Positions 53,725-62,694 of a stretch of 64,000 nucleotides of DNA are shown in pieces. The notes beneath the pieces were generated by a model that was not told where the DNA came from, searched no databases, and saw only the letters and a program-made list of their open reading frames with translations. Both the position numbers and the translations under genes were made by a program. The DNA is from an uncultured Chloroflexia bacterium (lineage in GTDB: Bacteria; Chloroflexota; Chloroflexia; QHBQ01; JADMIH01): assembly GCA_963837315.1 (NCBI GenBank), contig CAWINE010000017.1, positions 342,549 to 406,548 of the forward strand, read 5' to 3'. Positions within the stretch are counted from its first letter, which is position 1, and each line of letters starts with the position of its first letter.

Positions 53725-55050
53725 ATGAAATCACAGACTCGCTCCATGGGGATAAATCGTATTTTTGGACGGCGCGCCCGGAATGAAGCCGTCGATACTA
53801 ACACAGCTGACGCAACAAATGTAGCCGACAATCCAAGAACGAATATGCAATCGCTGGCCGCCGAGCTTCAACAATCGGCCCAGCAGGGAGAGTTCCAGTA
53901 TCCGAGGAATTGGACGCTGGTGACAAACACGTTTTCTGCGCTGCTGGTGATGCTGTCGGTGGCTCATGCAGGTCTGGTGCTGATACCTCTGGTCGCGGCG
54001 CAGGGCAATTCATTGTCTTCGCTCGTGAACTGGGCCACGCTTGGCGTTGTGCTTGGAGTAGCGGGTGCGAGCCTGGTGGCGGCTTTCCTGACGAACCTGT
54101 TTCCGACGATTCAGGTGACACCCCAGGGTCTGGGCGTGGCGGAGATTACGGGCTGGCGTTACATACCCTGGCAGCAGATAAGCGTGCTGCGGGTGATGGA
54201 GCTACACAATCGCTCGCGCTACGTGGTGCTGATTCCTTTTACGGGTAAGACCAGGCCTTCGACTCCGGCGCCTATGCTCGGCTGGCTGCCTACGCTGCTG
54301 GGAGCGTCGGGCCGGGGCGGGAGAGGGCTGCTCATTACTTCCGACATGAAGAACTTTGACAGGCTGCTCCAGCTTGTGGTGTCGTACCTGGTGCAGTCAT
54401 CCGGGCAGAACCATAACGCAATGCCTCTTGAGGCTTTTGTAGACGAAGATTCCGTGATGCCTATCGCCCAACTCTTCCTGGACCCTGACGCCGAGATTGT
54501 GCGCATTGCAGGCAGTTCCAATAATAAGTCCGATCTTTATAGTGTGAGCAGCGAGGAGACCGACGCGCCTGTCACATGGCTCCCTGTGCTCAGGAGACAA
54601 CTCCTCATTTCTCTGGTGCCGGCCTACTTGTTGCTCAGTGATGTGCTGATGCGCCACAACGAGCGACCTTTTGTGTGGCAGCATGCTGCCTGGGTGATCT
54701 TCATGCTGGTGCTCGGGATAGCCGAGTTGCCGTTCGTCGGGATGCTGGTCAGGTCGGTGGGTGAGCTGATGGTGGGGAGCGGGCAGTTCAACCGCTCGGT
54801 ATGGGCATACCTTGAGTTGCAGGTGCCGCGAGCTATCCTGATCATGGCGGGGGCAGCTCTTGTCGACCTCGGCCTGCCTGCTTTCTTTGGCGAAGCGCTC
54901 TGGTTCGCCGGTATCGTGCTCACCACTTTCCTGACTGTACGCTTCGTACAGCGTCTCTACTATATGCCTTTGAGCCATACCCTGCTGGCCGCGCTGGGCA
55001 CTTTCATCTTCCAGTTCCTTTCGCTCGCACTCTATTTCGGCGTGCGCTAG
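53725..55050 (+). CDS. Polytopic membrane protein of unknown function
   Basis: ORF 53674-55050. I prefer the ATG 53725 start (MKSQTRSMG...). It has hydrophobic segments at both ends and a soluble middle region. Confidence 0.6.
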   Translation: MKSQTRSMGINRIFGRRARNEAVDTNTADATNVADNPRTNMQSLAAELQQSAQQGEFQYPRNWTLVTNTFSALLVMLSVAHAGLVLIPLVAAQGNSLSSLVNWATLGVVLGVAGASLVAAFLTNLFPTIQVTPQGLGVAEITGWRYIPWQQISVLRVMELHNRSRYVVLIPFTGKTRPSTPAPMLGWLPTLLGASGRGGRGLLITSDMKNFDRLLQLVVSYLVQSSGQNHNAMPLEAFVDEDSVMPIAQLFLDPDAEIVRIAGSSNNKSDLYSVSSEETDAPVTWLPVLRRQLLISLVPAYLLLSDVLMRHNERPFVWQHAAWVIFMLVLGIAELPFVGMLVRSVGELMVGSGQFNRSVWAYLELQVPRAILIMAGAALVDLGLPAFFGEALWFAGIVLTTFLTVRFVQRLYYMPLSHTLLAALGTFIFQFLSLALYFGVR

Positions 55051-55055
55051 ATAGT

Positions 55056-55111
55056 ATGTCACCAAAAGCAAAAAGGTCGCCCGCGGGCGACCTTTTTGCT
55101 TTTGGTGACAT
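55056..55111. terminator. Perfect palindrome terminator with GGTCGCCCGCGGGCGACC tip
   Basis: atgtcaccaaaagcaaaaaggtcgcccgcgggcgacctttttgcttttggtgacat. Confidence 0.8.
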
Positions 55112-55263
55112 AGAAGTGCTTCCCACGCCTTACAGATTGTAGAGTTCCTGGTAAAGAAAGTAGATATTTATCCTCTTTCATGGGCGAAGCAAACCGGTAG
55201 CTCCGGCCACCGGCTTGCCTTAGGGACAATTCTACTTCAATCTGAATCGGGAAGTTTGATTCC

Positions 55264-55617
55264 TCAGGTGCGTGCTTCTACAACCAGGCGAATGGCGGTG
55301 CGCTCTTCATCGGCGATCATGACGTCGATGAAGGCGGGTATCACAACGATATCTATGCCATTCGGCTGAAGATAATCGCGGGCGATTGCAATCGCTTTAA
55401 TAGCCTGGTTGGTGGCTCCTGCGCCTATTGCCTGCACATCAGCGCGGCCATGGTTGCGTATAACCGCCGCGATCGCGCCTGCTACTGCACTTGGGCGCGA
55501 GTGTGCGGATACTTTGAGGATCTCCGTGTCGTCGTAAACGTGCACTTCTTTGGGGATAATCTCATCTGATACACCATCGAGACTGATCGTAGGATTTGTA
55601 AGGTTAGTAGGGTCCAT
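55264..55617 (-). CDS. spoVS: SpoVS-family protein with ~30-aa N-terminal extension
   Basis: ILKVSAHSRPSAVAGAIAAVIRNHGRADVQAIGAGATNQAIKAIAIARDYLQPNGIDIVVIPAFIDVMIADEERTAIRLVVE. GGAGGC RBS before ATG 55617. The ORF-track start at 55920 is unlikely. Confidence 0.85.
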   Translation of the reverse strand: MDPTNLTNPTISLDGVSDEIIPKEVHVYDDTEILKVSAHSRPSAVAGAIAAVIRNHGRADVQAIGAGATNQAIKAIAIARDYLQPNGIDIVVIPAFIDVMIADEERTAIRLVVEART

Positions 55618-56077
55618 TAAGTTGCCTCCAAAGGAGAATGTTCTGCCAACATGTCGGGGCCTCAATGTGGGACCACATGCTTCAGACAAGTCTTGAGTAT
55701 TGAATATTGACGATGCGGGTAGTCCAGGCCCAACGCAATAGTCCAAACTCAATGTGTGTAGTACGTGATAATTCGCCTTGTCGCAGCTCCGAGCGCCAGG
55801 ACGAACAGCGGTATCGCACCATTGCCCATGCTGCGGCCGCGGGTGCTGCTCTAAAACGACCTTTTGTATTTGCTTAGTCAGGCACTCATTCAGGCGCCGG
55901 AAGACGCCGCAGAGAACCAATCATAGGCTTGGACTCCTCCCCAGCGAGATTGCTGCCCTACATAACCTCCTGGGCCCCATCTGCTTGCAGGCAACCGGCC
56001 CTCGTGAGGGGGCGGTACAACGCACACCTCCCACATACTCCAGCCGCCTTTCATAATTCCTCAATCCCTCCAAACGG

Positions 56078-56112
56078 CAATCAGGCCGGCTTTATAGGCA
56101 CCGGCCTGATTG
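56078..56112. terminator. 12-bp stem hairpin downstream of rny
   Basis: caatcaggccgg-ctttataggca-ccggcctgattg. Confidence 0.6.
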
Positions 56113-56184
56113 GAATTTAGAATTCCGAATTTTGAATTCTGAGTTAATCGGTTAACTCAGAATTCAAAATTACGAATTATAAAT
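56113..56184. repeat. AT-rich GAATTYN-unit hairpin abutting the rny stop codon
   Basis: gaatttagaattccgaattttgaattctgagttaa-tcg-gttaactcagaattcaaaattacgaattataaatt. Confidence 0.85.
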
Positions 56185-57750
56185 TTACTTGGCGTACTCT
56201 ATGGCACGAGTTTCGCGGACTACGGTTACTTTGATCTGGCCCGGGTATTCCAGGCTTTCTTCGATCCGTTTGGCCACGTCTCGCGCCAATCTCATCGCGC
56301 CGAGGTCGTCTATCAACTCGGGTTTGACGAGCATTCTGACTTCGCGCCCTGCCTGTATGGCGAAGCTCTTTTCAACTCCCTCGAAAGAGTTGGCGACAGC
56401 TTCGAGCGCCTCCAGGCGTTTGATATAGTGCTCCACGCTATCGCGCCGCGCACCGGGGCGTCCACCGGAGAGGGCATCTGCGGCCTGCACTATCCAGGCC
56501 TCCACCGTTTCCGGCTCTTCCTCGTTATGGTGTGCTGCGATTGCATGTACTATCTTCTGCGACCGTCCGAGCCGCTTGGCTAGCTCCGCGCCGATGATTG
56601 CATGAGGGCCTTCGACCTCGTGGTCGACAGCTTTTCCGATGTCGTGCAACAGCGTAGCGGTCCTGGCTACGTTCACGTCGGCGCCGATTTCGGCGGCCAG
56701 GGCTGCCGCGATCTTTGCGGCCTCCACAACGTGGTGTAGCTGGTTTTGCCCGTAGCTGGTGCGGTACATCAGCCTGCCCAGTAGCTTGATAAGATCAGGA
56801 TGTAGTCCCTGAACGTTGGCGGCATAGGCAGCTTTTTCGCCCTCCTCACGCATCTGCGTTTCTACCTCTGCTTTGGCTTTCGTAACCACCTCTTCTATGC
56901 GAGCGGGGTGGATACGGCCATCGGCGATCAACTTGAGCAAAGCTCGACGGGCCACCTCACGGCGAACCGGGTCGAATGCCGACAGGGTAATGGCTTCGGG
57001 GGTCTCATCTATGATGAGGTCGACCCCTGTTGCCTGCTCGATTGCGCGGATGTTTCGTCCTTCGCGGCCGATTATACGGCCTTTCATTTCATCATTGGGC
57101 AGCGGCACAGTGGAAGTGGTGATTTCGGGCACATACTCGGATGCTGCTCTCGACGCTGCGATTGACAGTATCTTGCGTATGCGAGTGTCGGCCTCTTCTT
57201 TGACCTCGGCCTCTACCTCACGATAGCGGCGATTGGCATCTATCCTTACTTCCTCCTCGATTTCGGCAAGTAGGACTGATTTGGCCTCCCCGGCTGTCAT
57301 GCCTGCGACACGCTCCAACTCTTTGCGCTGTTCTTCCTGCATATTGCTTATGCTGGCTTGCAGAGCATCGAGCTCGCGCTCTCTGGCTAGAAGCGTTTTC
57401 TCACGTTTCTCTGTGGTTTCGAGCTTGCGGTCGAGATTCTCCTCTTTTTGCTGGAGTCTTCGCTCCTGGCGCTGCACTTCGGCTCGCCTTTCGCGGTACT
57501 CGGTTTCAACTTCGCTCCTGATCTGGTGCGATTGGTCTTTAGCTTGTAGGACTATCTCTTTACGCTGGGCTTCGACCTCCCGGATGGCTACGCCGGCCTT
57601 CTCTTCGGCGGTCTTTACCCTCTCGTCAGCCAGCTCTTTCTCTCTTGATAGAGCTGACCTCGCTGACCTGAATGCTACGTATGCGGCTACGGTGGCAATA
57701 ATTGCGACAACCGCAACTACAATCCCGATCACCGCAAGGGGATCTAACAT
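56185..57750 (-). CDS. rny: Ribonuclease Y (TM anchor, coiled coil, KH, HD domain)
   Basis: [24 protein letters not shown] (KH) and [27 protein letters not shown] (HD). GGGAGG RBS before ATG 57750 ([15 protein letters not shown]...). Confidence 0.92.
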   Translation of the reverse strand: MLDPLAVIGIVVAVVAIIATVAAYVAFRSARSALSREKELADERVKTAEEKAGVAIREVEAQRKEIVLQAKDQSHQIRSEVETEYRERRAEVQRQERRLQQKEENLDRKLETTEKREKTLLARERELDALQASISNMQEEQRKELERVAGMTAGEAKSVLLAEIEEEVRIDANRRYREVEAEVKEEADTRIRKILSIAASRAASEYVPEITTSTVPLPNDEMKGRIIGREGRNIRAIEQATGVDLIIDETPEAITLSAFDPVRREVARRALLKLIADGRIHPARIEEVVTKAKAEVETQMREEGEKAAYAANVQGLHPDLIKLLGRLMYRTSYGQNQLHHVVEAAKIAAALAAEIGADVNVARTATLLHDIGKAVDHEVEGPHAIIGAELAKRLGRSQKIVHAIAAHHNEEEPETVEAWIVQAADALSGGRPGARRDSVEHYIKRLEALEAVANSFEGVEKSFAIQAGREVRMLVKPELIDDLGAMRLARDVAKRIEESLEYPGQIKVTVVRETRAIEYAK

Positions 57751-58005
57751 AAGACACCTCCCTATTCTGTTTTTAAGGTACGTCGTTGGACGTGGTAGTA
57801 CGTTGTTTTTCGGGAGGACTACATAACCTCCCGTTCGGATTTGCCTGTGCAAGACCTTCGATACTTTTGGAGTATCGAGCAGTCCAGGTTACAGGCGTAG
57901 TTTATCTAACAGCATAGCCGCAAGGCTAATTTGTATAACTTGTATGATACAGGCGGAACGGTCTACCTGTCAAGGTCTTTACAAGAAAGTTTCGTTGGAA
58001 GCCGT

Positions 58006-58034
58006 TTGCAAACCCTGGGCGTATTTGTTATAAT
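58006..58034 (+). promoter_or_regulatory. Promoter of the tRNA cluster
   Basis: TTGCAA, 17-nt spacer, TATAAT, ~22 nt upstream of the first tRNA. Confidence 0.6.
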
Positions 58035-58056
58035 GACAGAGTTAAAAAAGGACCGC

Positions 58057-58132
58057 GTGGCTGTAGCTCAGTGGATAGAGCGTTGGGTTGCGGACCCAAA
58101 GGTCGGGGGTTCGAGCCCCTCCAGCCACGCCA
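58057..58132 (+). tRNA. tRNA-Arg, anticodon GCG, CCA encoded
   Basis: Manual cloverleaf: GTGGCTG-TA-GCTC AGTGGATA GAGC-G-TTGGG TTGCGGA CCCAA-AGGTC-GGGGG TTCGAGC CCCTC-CAGCCAC-G-CCA. Confidence 0.8.
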
Positions 58133-58172
58133 CACGAGCCGACCTAAAAGGTTGGCCCTTTTTTTAGCAAGT

Positions 58173-58258
58173 GGAGAGGTCGCATAGTGGCCTAGTGCGC
58201 TCGTCTCGAAAACGAGTGGGTCTGAAAAGCCCCGTGGGTTCGAATCCCACCCTCTCCG
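58173..58258 (+). tRNA. tRNA-Ser, anticodon CGA (long variable arm)
   Basis: GGAGAGG-TC-GCAT AGTGGCCTA GTGC-G-CTCGT CTCGAAA ACGAG-variable arm-GTGGG TTCGAAT CCCAC-CCTCTCC-G. Confidence 0.85.
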
Positions 58259-58261
58259 CCC

Positions 58262-58348
58262 AAACGAATGCGGAATGTGGAATTCGGAATGCGGAATAGC
58301 ATTTCCGTTCCACATATCAATTCCGAACTCCGCATTCCACATTCCGCA
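58262..58348. repeat. GAATGYG-unit hairpin in the spacer between the two tRNA-Ser genes
   Basis: cgaatgcggaatgtggaattcggaatgcggaat-agcatttccgttccacatatc-aattccgaactccgcattccacattccg. Confidence 0.85.
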
Positions 58349-58352
58349 ATGT

Positions 58353-58440
58353 GGAGAGGTCGCCTAGAGGCCTAGGGCGCTCGCCTGGAAAGCGGGTACG
58401 GGGAAACTCGTCGTGGGTTCGAATCCCACCCTCTCCGCCA
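58353..58440 (+). tRNA. tRNA-Ser, anticodon GGA, CCA encoded
   Basis: GGAGAGG-TC-GCCT AGAGGCCTA GGGC-G-CTCGC CTGGAAA GCGGG-variable arm-GTGGG TTCGAAT CCCAC-CCTCTCC-G-CCA. Confidence 0.85.
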
Positions 58441-58499
58441 ACGAAATCAGGCTCTTGATTTGCGATCAATATCATCGCAAATCAAGAGCCTGATTTCGT
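58441..58499. terminator. Long perfect hairpin between the tRNA cluster and the convergent RIO kinase gene
   Basis: acgaaatcaggctcttgatttgcgat-caatat-catcgcaaatcaagagcctgatttcgt. Confidence 0.8.
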
Positions 58500-59456
58500 T
58501 TACTGGTCGTCGAGCGTGATGTTGCGCGACCACATCTCCTGCGCCAGCTTTTCAGCGTTCGCCTCGATGCCGTACTTTGAGAAGTACTGGCAGACGCGGG
58601 TGACATCTCGCAGGAAGATTTCGTAGCCGTACGGGTTCACGTCGGGGTTGACCGCCTGCGGGAAGTCTATTATCTTCACCTCTCCTTCCCAGTAGAGGAT
58701 ATTGTGCGCCGACAGGTCGCCATGGATGCGGTTGTTTGCCAGCATCAGGTCTATGTTGTGCATAAGGCGGTCGAAGAGCGGACGAGCCTCTTTCTTGCTC
58801 ACAGTGACGTTCTGGAGCACTGGAGCCGGCCAATCGACGTCGCCAAAGTAGTCCATCAGAATAGCATGGTCGTTGCTGGCATATACACGTGGCACGTCGG
58901 CTCCCGCCTCATAAAGCAGGCTCAGCGTGGCGACCTCCGTGCCGAGCCAGTTCGATTGGCGCAGCTCCTGGCCGAAGCGCGTCTTGTTCTCCATCGCCCT
59001 GGCCTCGCGGCTCCCCACGCGCTTGCCCTCTTCGTTGAGCACCGTCCGGCCCATCCGGTAGAGCGAATCGTTGCGCAGGTTGCGGAAGATGCGCGGGCGG
59101 TAGAGCTTCGCCGCCAGTAGATCGACGCCAATTACCGGGTCGGCCCGGCAGCAGTAGACTGTGGCCTCCTTGCCGCCTTTCACAGGCTTCAGCACGTCCA
59201 GGATAAGGTGCTCCTCGTAGAAGCCGCTCAGATAGAGCAGTATCCACTCGCGCTCGTGCCGAGATACGTTGAACTTTTCGGCAGATTTGGAGCCGAACGA
59301 TGGGTCGAAGCCCGCCTTTGTGTCGTCGCTCTGCTCGACCAGCTCGGCCACGATGTCGGCGCGGCTTCGTTTCGGTTTCGCCCTGGGTTTGTATTTTACC
59401 GTAGCCATATCCGTATATTCTTCTAGTTCGTCCTCATAATTCCATCTGGTAGGCAT
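58500..59456 (-). CDS. RIO-type serine protein kinase
   Basis: KGGKEATVYCC, HGDLSAHNILYWEGEVKIIDFPQAV. Confidence 0.85.
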   Translation of the reverse strand: MPTRWNYEDELEEYTDMATVKYKPRAKPKRSRADIVAELVEQSDDTKAGFDPSFGSKSAEKFNVSRHEREWILLYLSGFYEEHLILDVLKPVKGGKEATVYCCRADPVIGVDLLAAKLYRPRIFRNLRNDSLYRMGRTVLNEEGKRVGSREARAMENKTRFGQELRQSNWLGTEVATLSLLYEAGADVPRVYASNDHAILMDYFGDVDWPAPVLQNVTVSKKEARPLFDRLMHNIDLMLANNRIHGDLSAHNILYWEGEVKIIDFPQAVNPDVNPYGYEIFLRDVTRVCQYFSKYGIEANAEKLAQEMWSRNITLDDQ

Positions 59457-59894
59457 GGTTGGTGAGTGCTCCTTGGGTTTGCTTCATTACTGATGTTTGA
59501 CCGCAAAAAGAGAGGCAGTGGGCTTCCAAAGTCCACTGCCCCCGGAGCATCGCCTACTATGCGGACAACGCAAAAGGCAACACAATAAAGAAGGCCGTAG
59601 CTGCGAGAGTTGCGCTACGGCCTTGCGATATTCAAATTGTCAGCTACTGAAGAGTAGCCTATCTGCACGCAAGCGCGCCCCTCCCACGAAATGGAAGACC
59701 GCTATATGAGCCGGTGGTGACAATTATTCTGCTCATACTGCCTCCCTTGCGCGGTGCTGCGCATTAGCTTACTTGCGTCCCCACTATAGCAGGGTTACGA
59801 TCAGCAAGTCAATACGTCCGGAGACCGATCTTACAGGGCGCTTGAGATGTTGACACTGATAAATCCGCAGGGCACAATGGGAACGTAATCCAAT

Positions 59895-61148
59895 ATGCTA
59901 CGAGCAGCTATTATGCCGCGTTTCGATTTCTCATCACAGGCATTCCGGGCATCCGTCTTGAGCTTTCTCGGCTCACGCCTTGTAGTTCTCACGGCTGCCT
60001 GGCTCGGGCTGAGTAACCTTCCCAGGCTCTATCATGGCGGGCCAATCACCGAGTTCGCTCTCGGCTGGGATGGCGCCTGGTACGCAGGCATCGCAAAGTT
60101 CGGCTACTTTATCCCGCCTGCGCCCTCCGTCTCTAATCTGGCGTTCCCTCCGGTCTTACCTTTGCTGGCGCATCTGCTCGGCGGGCTGTTCAGTGTCTTT
60201 GGCCTCACCATCGACGATCCTGATTATGGTAGTTACGCGCTCGCGGGACTCGTAGTAAGCAACCTGGCGTTCCTGGCGGCCCTCTACTTCCTTTGGCATC
60301 TCGTTGCCGCCAGCCATCCACAATCTGTGGCGACCCGCACGCTCTGGCTGGTCGCGGTCTTCCCGGCCGGCGTCTTCTGGTCAGCCTTCTACACCGAGTC
60401 CCTCTTTCTTTTGCTGGCGGTTGGTTGCGTGCTGGCAGCTCGTCACGCCATATGGCCCCTGGCGGGAGCACTGGGCGCCCTGGCTGTGCTCACCCGCTGG
60501 ATCGGCGTAGTGTTGGTGGTCGTGTTGATCGTGGAATGGTTAGCAGCGCGAGCAAAGAACGATAACGGCCACGATGCAGGAACGACCGCGAGTGACCGCA
60601 AGGATCCCGGTTGGGGTGATCTCGGCTGGGTTGCACTGGTCCCACTTGCGCTCGCACTCTACATGGTCTACGCATGGAGCATATCCAACAACTTATGGAT
60701 TATCGTGCAAGAACACGCCGCCTGGGGGCAATCTTTCACTTTCTTCCCGCTTACATACGCCAGGGGTGTCAGCCTGCTCTGGCAAAGCGTCGCCCAATCG
60801 GGGCCTGACAAAGACCTTGTTTTGACGGTCGGTTATGGCAACTCCCTCTACATGTGGCTCGATCTCGGCTTGCCTGTTATATTCGTTATTCTGGGAGTAA
60901 TAGGGTGGCTGCGAGGCTGGCTCATGCCTGGTGACCTGGCATGGCTTCTGGCCGGCATCATCTTCCTTCTCAGCGCAGGCAATACCGTCAGCATGACCCG
61001 CTTCTTGATGCCCTTCTGGCCTGCAGCCGTTGTGCTGGCGCGAATGGGTATTCGCAGACCGCCCATCATATGGGCATGGCTTGCTGCCTCTACGGTTCTG
61101 CTCGCAGTCTGCAGCTATCTTTTCGCCAATGAGAAATGGATAGGGTGA
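59895..61148 (+). CDS. GT-C membrane mannosyltransferase-like protein (PIG-V / GT76-like)
   Basis: WDGAWYAGIAKFGYF...NLAFPPVLPLL, and about 10 TM segments. Confidence 0.65.
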   Translation: MLRAAIMPRFDFSSQAFRASVLSFLGSRLVVLTAAWLGLSNLPRLYHGGPITEFALGWDGAWYAGIAKFGYFIPPAPSVSNLAFPPVLPLLAHLLGGLFSVFGLTIDDPDYGSYALAGLVVSNLAFLAALYFLWHLVAASHPQSVATRTLWLVAVFPAGVFWSAFYTESLFLLLAVGCVLAARHAIWPLAGALGALAVLTRWIGVVLVVVLIVEWLAARAKNDNGHDAGTTASDRKDPGWGDLGWVALVPLALALYMVYAWSISNNLWIIVQEHAAWGQSFTFFPLTYARGVSLLWQSVAQSGPDKDLVLTVGYGNSLYMWLDLGLPVIFVILGVIGWLRGWLMPGDLAWLLAGIIFLLSAGNTVSMTRFLMPFWPAAVVLARMGIRRPPIIWAWLAASTVLLAVCSYLFANEKWIG

Positions 61149-61159
61149 TGAAAGCAGCC

Positions 61160-61188
61160 TTGACACTATCCATGAGGTCCGGTAAGAT
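61160..61188 (+). promoter_or_regulatory. Promoter of the SRP RNA gene
   Basis: TTGACA, 17-nt spacer, TAAGAT, ~8 nt before the predicted 5' end. Confidence 0.6.
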
Positions 61189-61195
61189 TAACATA

Positions 61196-61462
61196 AGTCG
61201 TGCTAGATGGGGAACTAGCGGTGCCCTGTAACCCGCAAACCGCTCCAGCGGGGTTGAATTCCCTTTCGAGGTCCGACATTGTGGGACTGCGTCTGTTAAG
61301 CGGTGTTGACGATTGGGTCCTGCGCGGCGAAAGCCTACGAAATTGGTCAGGTCTGGAAGGAAGCAGCCATAAGTAGTCCCTTTCGGGTGCCGCAGGGTCG
61401 CCTGATTCGAGCTGGCTGGCAGCCGTAAGCCGGAATGCCGTATCGGAAAAGGGTGCACGACG
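61196..61462 (+). ncRNA. ffs: Signal recognition particle RNA, large Bacillus-type with Alu domain
   Basis: 5' gtcgtgctagatggggaactagcggtgccctgtaacccgc parallels the Alu-domain start of B. subtilis scRNA. Domain IV is ggtcaggtctggaaggaagcagccataag...gtgccgcagggtcgcctga. The 5' gtcgtgc pairs with the 3' gcacgac. Confidence 0.85.
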
Positions 61463-61491
61463 CAATAATTCTCTCCATATGGGGAGCCGGG

Positions 61492-61522
61492 GAGCGAGCC
61501 TGCGGGTTCGCTCTTTTGTTTT
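61492..61522 (+). terminator. Intrinsic terminator of the SRP RNA
   Basis: gagcgagcc-tgc-gggttcgctc followed by ttttgtttt. Confidence 0.75.
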
Positions 61523-61532
61523 GTAAGCTATA

Positions 61533-62207
61533 ATGACACTCATGCAATCGCAACCACCTCTCAAAGCGGTGCTGTTCGACCTGGATGGCACTCTTATAGC
61601 ATCGATCGACCATATCGTGGAGTGCTGGCAGCATACGGTGCGCACCTGCCTGGGGCGTGAGATCACCCGCGAGGAGGTGCTGCCCACGCTGGGGCGCACC
61701 CTTTACGACGCCTTCGAGGAGATCGCACCTGGCAGGAGCCAGGAAATGTATGCGTCTACAGGGCTTACCAGACCATCACACACGATACCGCTATCACCCT
61801 GGTACCCGGCACGAAGGAGACCCTGGCGCGGCTCAGAGAAGCCGGGATGTTGCTTGGCGTCGCCACCTCCAAAGGCATACCGGCAGCCACTCGCGGCCTC
61901 AACCTGTTCGGGCTTACACCATTCTTCGATACTCTCGTCACCATCGAGGACACCGAGCGGCATAAGCCATATCCCGATCCCTCTGCTGGTGGCCTCCCAA
62001 AGGCTCGGCGTGCCTCCAGCCGAGATGATCTATGTAGGCGATGCGCTTGTGGACATCAAAGCGGGCAAGGCGGCAGGCATGAGAACGGCCTGGGTTACCT
62101 GGGGCTCCGGCACCATCGAAGAGATAGACAGCCTGCACCCCGATTATAAGTTCGATAGCATGGAAGATCTGCTCTCGCTGCTTCCGACCGCTGTGCAAGC
62201 GAAGTAA
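61533..62207 (+). pseudogene. HAD-superfamily phosphatase (PGP/PpaX-like) with two compensating frameshifts
   Basis: VLFDLDGTLI (motif I) is in frame 0. The middle (VYRAYQTITHDTAITLVPGTKETLARLREAGMLLGVATSKG...HKPYPDP) is in frame -1 (ORF 61847). The C-terminus (LLVASQRLGVPPAEMIYVGDALVDIKAGKAAG) is back in frame 0. The shifts are at ~61753 and ~61982. Confidence 0.8.
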
Positions 62208-62265
62208 GCGGATATCATGCAATACGCATGGTACCGGGCAGCGGTGCAAGAACCGAAAGCATAGG

Positions 62266-62694
62266 ATGGAGAACAGCCAATATTCAAGTGAATACTCCGC
62301 GGGTGGGGTGGTCTACAGGCACAACGGCGCGCAAAGCGAAGTCGCCCTGATCTACCGCAATCGCCACGACGATTGGTCCCTTCCCAAGGGGCATATCGAG
62401 GCGGGCGAAAGTCGAGAGCAGGCAGCCCTCCGCGAAATAAAAGAAGAGACCGGCCTCGACGTTAGCATAGTGCGCCCGCTCGGAGAAGCCGTCTACTTCT
62501 TCAGAAAGAGGGGCGGCGATCTTGTTCGCAAGACCGTCTACCATTACCTAATGGAAGCTCTCACCACCGAGCTTGGCAAGCCTAACTGGGAAGTGACCGA
62601 AGCCCGCTGGGTCCCCATCACTGAGGCCCGGAGCTTGCTAAGCTATGAAAAAGATCGCGAGATGATAGGCAAGGCAATTGATGTTTTACGATAG
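62266..62694 (+). CDS. NUDIX hydrolase
   Basis: [28 protein letters not shown] Nudix box. Confidence 0.9.
   Translation: MENSQYSSEYSAGGVVYRHNGAQSEVALIYRNRHDDWSLPKGHIEAGESREQAALREIKEETGLDVSIVRPLGEAVYFFRKRGGDLVRKTVYHYLMEALTTELGKPNWEVTEARWVPITEARSLLSYEKDREMIGKAIDVLR

Noticed and set aside
61753-61982. Programmed ribosomal frameshifting or recoding to explain the compensating frameshift pairs (HAD, obg, APH-like)
   Set aside because: There is no slippery heptamer or downstream pseudoknot at the shift sites. The sites are heterogeneous, and several other interruptions sit in homopolymers. Assembly indels or decay are simpler explanations.
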